A stretch of 32,000 bases of DNA, taken from the NCBI RefSeq assembly GCF_000011805.1, contig NC_006840.2; one strand, given 5' to 3'. Positions 28,710 through 32,000 of the stretch are shown in pieces. A program made the translations under genes and the position numbers. Below the pieces are notes generated by a model that worked only from the letters and a program-made list of their open reading frames with translations, was not told where the DNA came from and ran no database searches. Source of the stretch: Aliivibrio fischeri ES114 (GTDB lineage: Bacteria > Pseudomonadota > Gammaproteobacteria > Enterobacterales > Vibrionaceae). Position 1 is the stretch's first letter. Each line of letters opens with the position of its first letter.

Positions 28710-29987
28710 TTAGCGTTTAAATGAAACCGTCTCAGCTTTATCTAATGTAATCGTAGTCGTTGCTGGTTGAGTTTCTGATATTACTTTACCGTGGCGAATA
28801 GAGAAACGAACCGGAACTTGGCGACGTAGAGCATCAAATCCATTTTCAGCAGGTAAGATAATTAAGTTACCCGGTTTGCCTTCTTCGATGCCGTAGTTAT
28901 CTTGAATATTTAGAGTTCGAGCCGATTTATAGCTGATTAGATCAAGACCTTGGTTAATTTGGTCGTATCCCATGATTTGACAGACATGCAGTCCCATATG
29001 AAGAACTTGTAGCATGTTAGCTGTGCCTAACGGATACCATGGGTCAAATACATCGTCATGACCAAAACAAACGTTAATATTGTTTGCTAGCATCTCTTTC
29101 ACGCGTGTAATACCACGACGCTTAGGGTAATCATCAAAACGACCTTGTAGGTGGATATTAACAAGTGGATTCGCAACAAAGTTAATACCAGACATTCTAA
29201 GTAAGCGGAATAAGCGAGAAGCATAAGCACCATTATATGAATGCATTGCTGTCGTATGACTTGCTGTTACCTTTTCACCCATATTGAATTTATGAGCAAG
29301 AGCGGCAACAGTTTCAACAAAACGTGATTGCTCATCATCGATTTCATCACAGTGAACATCAATTAGACGGTCATATTTTTTTGCTAATTCAAAAATATAG
29401 TGAAGAGATTCGACACCGTATTCACGAGTAAACTCAAAATGAGGAATAGCGCCAATAACATCTGCGCCTAGTTGTACTGCCTCTTCAAGTAACTCTTTAC
29501 CATTAGGGTAAGAAAGAATGCCTTCTTGAGGAAAAGCAACGATTTGGATATCAACCCATTCTTTCATTTCTTCTTTTACTTCAAGCATTGCTTTTAATGC
29601 AATCAGTGTCGGATCTGAAACATCAACGTGAGTACGAACGTGCTGAATACCGTTAGCAATTTGCCATTTTAATGTTTGTTTAGCGCGTGTTTTTACATCT
29701 TCAATAGATAATAGTTCTTTACGCTCAGCCCAACGTTCAATTCCCTCAAATAAGGTACCTGAAATATTCCAGCTTGGTTCACCAGCCGTTTGAGTCGTAT
29801 CTAAATGAATATGAGGTTCGCAAAATGGAGCGTTGGCTAAACCACCTTCAGCATCAAGAATGTCACCAGAATAGGAGAGTGCTTGCTCATTGTTAGTAAT
29901 GGTTTTGAATTGACCATCTTCAATCAAGATCTGAAATAAACCTTCTTGATCTCGTAGAGCTACGTTTTTTATTAATAAATTTGTCAT
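28710..29987 (-). CDS. codA: Cytosine deaminase
   Basis: [36 protein letters not shown]...[22 protein letters not shown]...[31 protein letters not shown] is near-collinear with E. coli CodA. Confidence 0.97.
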   Translation of the reverse strand: MTNLLIKNVALRDQEGLFQILIEDGQFKTITNNEQALSYSGDILDAEGGLANAPFCEPHIHLDTTQTAGEPSWNISGTLFEGIERWAERKELLSIEDVKTRAKQTLKWQIANGIQHVRTHVDVSDPTLIALKAMLEVKEEMKEWVDIQIVAFPQEGILSYPNGKELLEEAVQLGADVIGAIPHFEFTREYGVESLHYIFELAKKYDRLIDVHCDEIDDEQSRFVETVAALAHKFNMGEKVTASHTTAMHSYNGAYASRLFRLLRMSGINFVANPLVNIHLQGRFDDYPKRRGITRVKEMLANNINVCFGHDDVFDPWYPLGTANMLQVLHMGLHVCQIMGYDQINQGLDLISYKSARTLNIQDNYGIEEGKPGNLIILPAENGFDALRRQVPVRFSIRHGKVISETQPATTTITLDKAETVSFKR

Positions 29988-29998
29988 TGCTGTATCTT

Positions 29999-31240
29999 CT
30001 ATACTGTTTCTGTTTCAGAGATCGATTTTTTGTTAATCATTGGGTTTAGTAATAGGTAGCTAATCGCTCCGCCTAATACAGCGTTTACAGGAACAACGCC
30101 CGGTAAGAATTTACCAGCGGCAACACCAATGGCTACTGCGATAATACCTGCCCAGTTAATGGTTTGGAATGCTGCGTTATCAAAATTCATGTAGCGTTTA
30201 CGGTTACTAAAGAAGTCCGCAATGATAACACCACCAATAGGTGGAATCGCTAAAGATAAGAACGTTAACCAACCTACAAAGTTATTGTATAGCCAAAGTG
30301 CACAAACAGTACCAATTAGACCATTTAGCATAGAAACATATTTACTCGGTAAGCCAGTAATATTTGAAAAACCAAGCCCAGACGCGTATAGCGCATTGTC
30401 GTTTGTCGTCCAAATATTTAGGCCTAATACGATAATTGCAGGTATTAATAGCCCTTGTGCAATCATCACTTCTGAAATATCAGACTGACCAGTAACAGAA
30501 GCGCCAGCGGCACCAAAGATGAACATTAAAGAGTTACCGATAAAGAAAGCAATCATTGTGATAGCAACTGCACCCATTGGTTTTTTGCCAAAGCGGACGA
30601 AGTCAGCTGTTAATGTTCCGGCACTTACAAAAGAACCAACAACCATGGCAAGAGCAACCGAAAAGTCCATAGGTTCTGCAGGTTGAATCTTTTGAAGCTC
30701 AGCAATACCACCAATACTATCAACAGCACTAAATACTGAGAATCCACCTAAAATGGCAATCGCAGGCACTGCAACCATAGATAAAACCATTAAAGCAGAT
30801 ATACCGAAGTAAACAGTGACGGTCATTAATAGACCAGAGATAACAATAAGAGCGTTGGTATCTATGCCTGTGGCTTTTTGCACTGGGATAGCAAACATTG
30901 CAACACCAACACCAAACCAACCAACTTGAGTACCACCGAGAAGTAGAGAGGGAAGCCAAGAGCCTTTAGAGCCAAAAGAAAAACGAGCGAGGAGGTGAGT
31001 AGAGAGACCAGTTGAAGCGCCGATGTAACCAAGAAAAGAAGTGTAAATGCCGAGGATTAAATTACCAATAAGAACAGCGAGGAAGAAATCATTAAAAGAA
31101 AGTCCGGTCCCAAGTGAACCGCCTGTCCACATACTTGCCGAGAAAAATGTGAGTCCTAACATAACTAAAGTTAAGGAAACGACGCCTTTTCTGGCTGTCT
31201 TAGGTACTGGCCCTAAGCTGTAATCATTGTCGTGAGACAT
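29999..31240 (-). CDS. codB: Cytosine permease
   Basis: [39 protein letters not shown]...[22 protein letters not shown] is collinear with E. coli CodB. The likely start is the ATG at 31240 (MSHDND...), 6 nt after GAGGA. The track starts 2 codons earlier at a TTG (31246). Confidence 0.95.
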   Translation of the reverse strand: MSHDNDYSLGPVPKTARKGVVSLTLVMLGLTFFSASMWTGGSLGTGLSFNDFFLAVLIGNLILGIYTSFLGYIGASTGLSTHLLARFSFGSKGSWLPSLLLGGTQVGWFGVGVAMFAIPVQKATGIDTNALIVISGLLMTVTVYFGISALMVLSMVAVPAIAILGGFSVFSAVDSIGGIAELQKIQPAEPMDFSVALAMVVGSFVSAGTLTADFVRFGKKPMGAVAITMIAFFIGNSLMFIFGAAGASVTGQSDISEVMIAQGLLIPAIIVLGLNIWTTNDNALYASGLGFSNITGLPSKYVSMLNGLIGTVCALWLYNNFVGWLTFLSLAIPPIGGVIIADFFSNRKRYMNFDNAAFQTINWAGIIAVAIGVAAGKFLPGVVPVNAVLGGAISYLLLNPMINKKSISETETV

Positions 31241-31262
31241 ATGCAATCCTCGTCTGTATTGA

Positions 31263-31503
31263 ATGTATTTTGGTCAAGTTTTTGACAAACGGACGAGAGT
31301 CTAAAGAAAATTATATTATTGTCAATAATGTAATCTTTGTTTTTGTTTTGTTTTAGATGGTTTTTTATTTATCTATCTGTATTTTAAGTGTTTATTTGCT
31401 TTGTTTTTTTAGTTATGTTTTTTTGTTAAACGGTTGCTTTGTTTCTTATTTTGCAGGAAATAGATTGTTGGATCTATTTTCTGGTTTTTATAAATAAAAG
31501 GTG
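31263..31503. repeat. Direct repeat copy 1 (241 bp) abutting the codB start
   Basis: Hand alignment with 31761-32000 shows identity except one T (AAAATTATATT versus AAAATATATT at about 31311). The offset is 498 bp before the indel and 497 bp after it. Confidence 0.95.
31298..31325 (-). promoter_or_regulatory. Candidate codBA promoter (inside repeat copy 1)
   Basis: Minus strand: TTGACA (complement of 31320-31325), 16-nt spacer, TAGACT (complement of 31298-31303). It lies about 58 bp upstream of the codB ATG. Confidence 0.35.
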
Positions 31504-31596
31504 GTGTGATATTTTTAATTTTGGTTATATTTGAGTTCTGAGAGTGGAAAAATCAATAGTAATCATAAAAATTATATCTTTTAGATAAAACAAAAA

Positions 31597-31618
31597 CCTC
31601 AAAGTATTACTTTTGAGG
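31597..31618. terminator. Terminator-like hairpin between the repeat copies
   Basis: CCTCAAA (31597-31603) / TTTGAGG (31612-31618), with a possible extra G-U pair, and loop TATTAC. A T-rich run follows on both strands (CTTTTGTCGTTTTT on plus; TTTTTGTTTT on minus). Confidence 0.5.
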
Positions 31619-31760
31619 CTTTTGTCGTTTTTATTTCATTAATATCTATTTTTTGATTGTTAAGTGTGGGGTTTTATCCGATTACTCCCAGATTATTTTT
31701 TTATCTTGAGGCCAGTTAGATGCAAAATCATGATACTTTTTCTCTAGTACGTGGCGTTTT

Positions 31761-32000
31761 ATGTATTTTGGTCAAGTTTTTGACAAACGGACGAGAGTCT
31801 AAAGAAAATATATTATTGTCAATAATGTAATCTTTGTTTTTGTTTTGTTTTAGATGGTTTTTTATTTATCTATCTGTATTTTAAGTGTTTATTTGCTTTG
31901 TTTTTTTAGTTATGTTTTTTTGTTAAACGGTTGCTTTGTTTCTTATTTTGCAGGAAATAGATTGTTGGATCTATTTTCTGGTTTTTATAAATAAAAGGTG
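31761..32000. repeat. Direct repeat copy 2 (at least 240 bp, truncated by window end)
   Basis: See copy 1. The match runs to the last base of the window, so its true length is unknown. Confidence 0.95.

Noticed and set aside
31263-32000. The terminal repeat region as a CRISPR array or minisatellite
   Set aside because: There are only two long (240-bp) copies about 498 bp apart. No short 25-40 bp repeats alternate with spacers, and no cas genes are present.

Overview
This window looks like a Vibrionaceae chromosomal segment. It is probably Aliivibrio fischeri or a close relative: it is AT-rich, its gene order matches what I recall of V. cholerae VC2342-VC2352, and it carries a VF530-family gene. 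From left to right it holds the 3' end of nupC, a small XapX-like ORF missing from the ORF track, deoC-deoA-deoB-deoD, ytjB/smp (minus strand) and serB. Next comes a 14-gene Tad/Flp pilus operon: flp, tadV, rcpC, rcpA, a cpaD-like lipoprotein, tadZ, tadA, tadB, tadC, tadD, tadE, tadF, tadG and an OmpA-like gene. A minus-strand operon converges on it and encodes a PhoP-like response regulator plus two tandem PhoQ-like kinases. After that come a 781-aa PlzC-like protein with two PilZ motif pairs, radA, a stand-alone second EF-G, a VF530/DUF2132 gene and codBA (minus strand). The window ends in a T-rich non-coding region holding a 241/240-bp near-identical direct repeat, which the window edge cuts. 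I found no rRNA, tRNA, CRISPR array, integrase, transposase or recognisable defence genes. I do not see a clear, entirely novel multi-gene system. The best leads are: (1) the Tad plus regulator-kinase-kinase module sitting in an otherwise conserved serB/plzC-radA junction; (2) the unusual second kinase, which lacks a sensor domain; (3) the poorly understood dual-PilZ protein next to it; (4) the long duplication of the codB upstream region, which encloses an orphan gene 3' end and a terminator. All homology statements rest on reading the translations and comparing them from memory. No searches were run.
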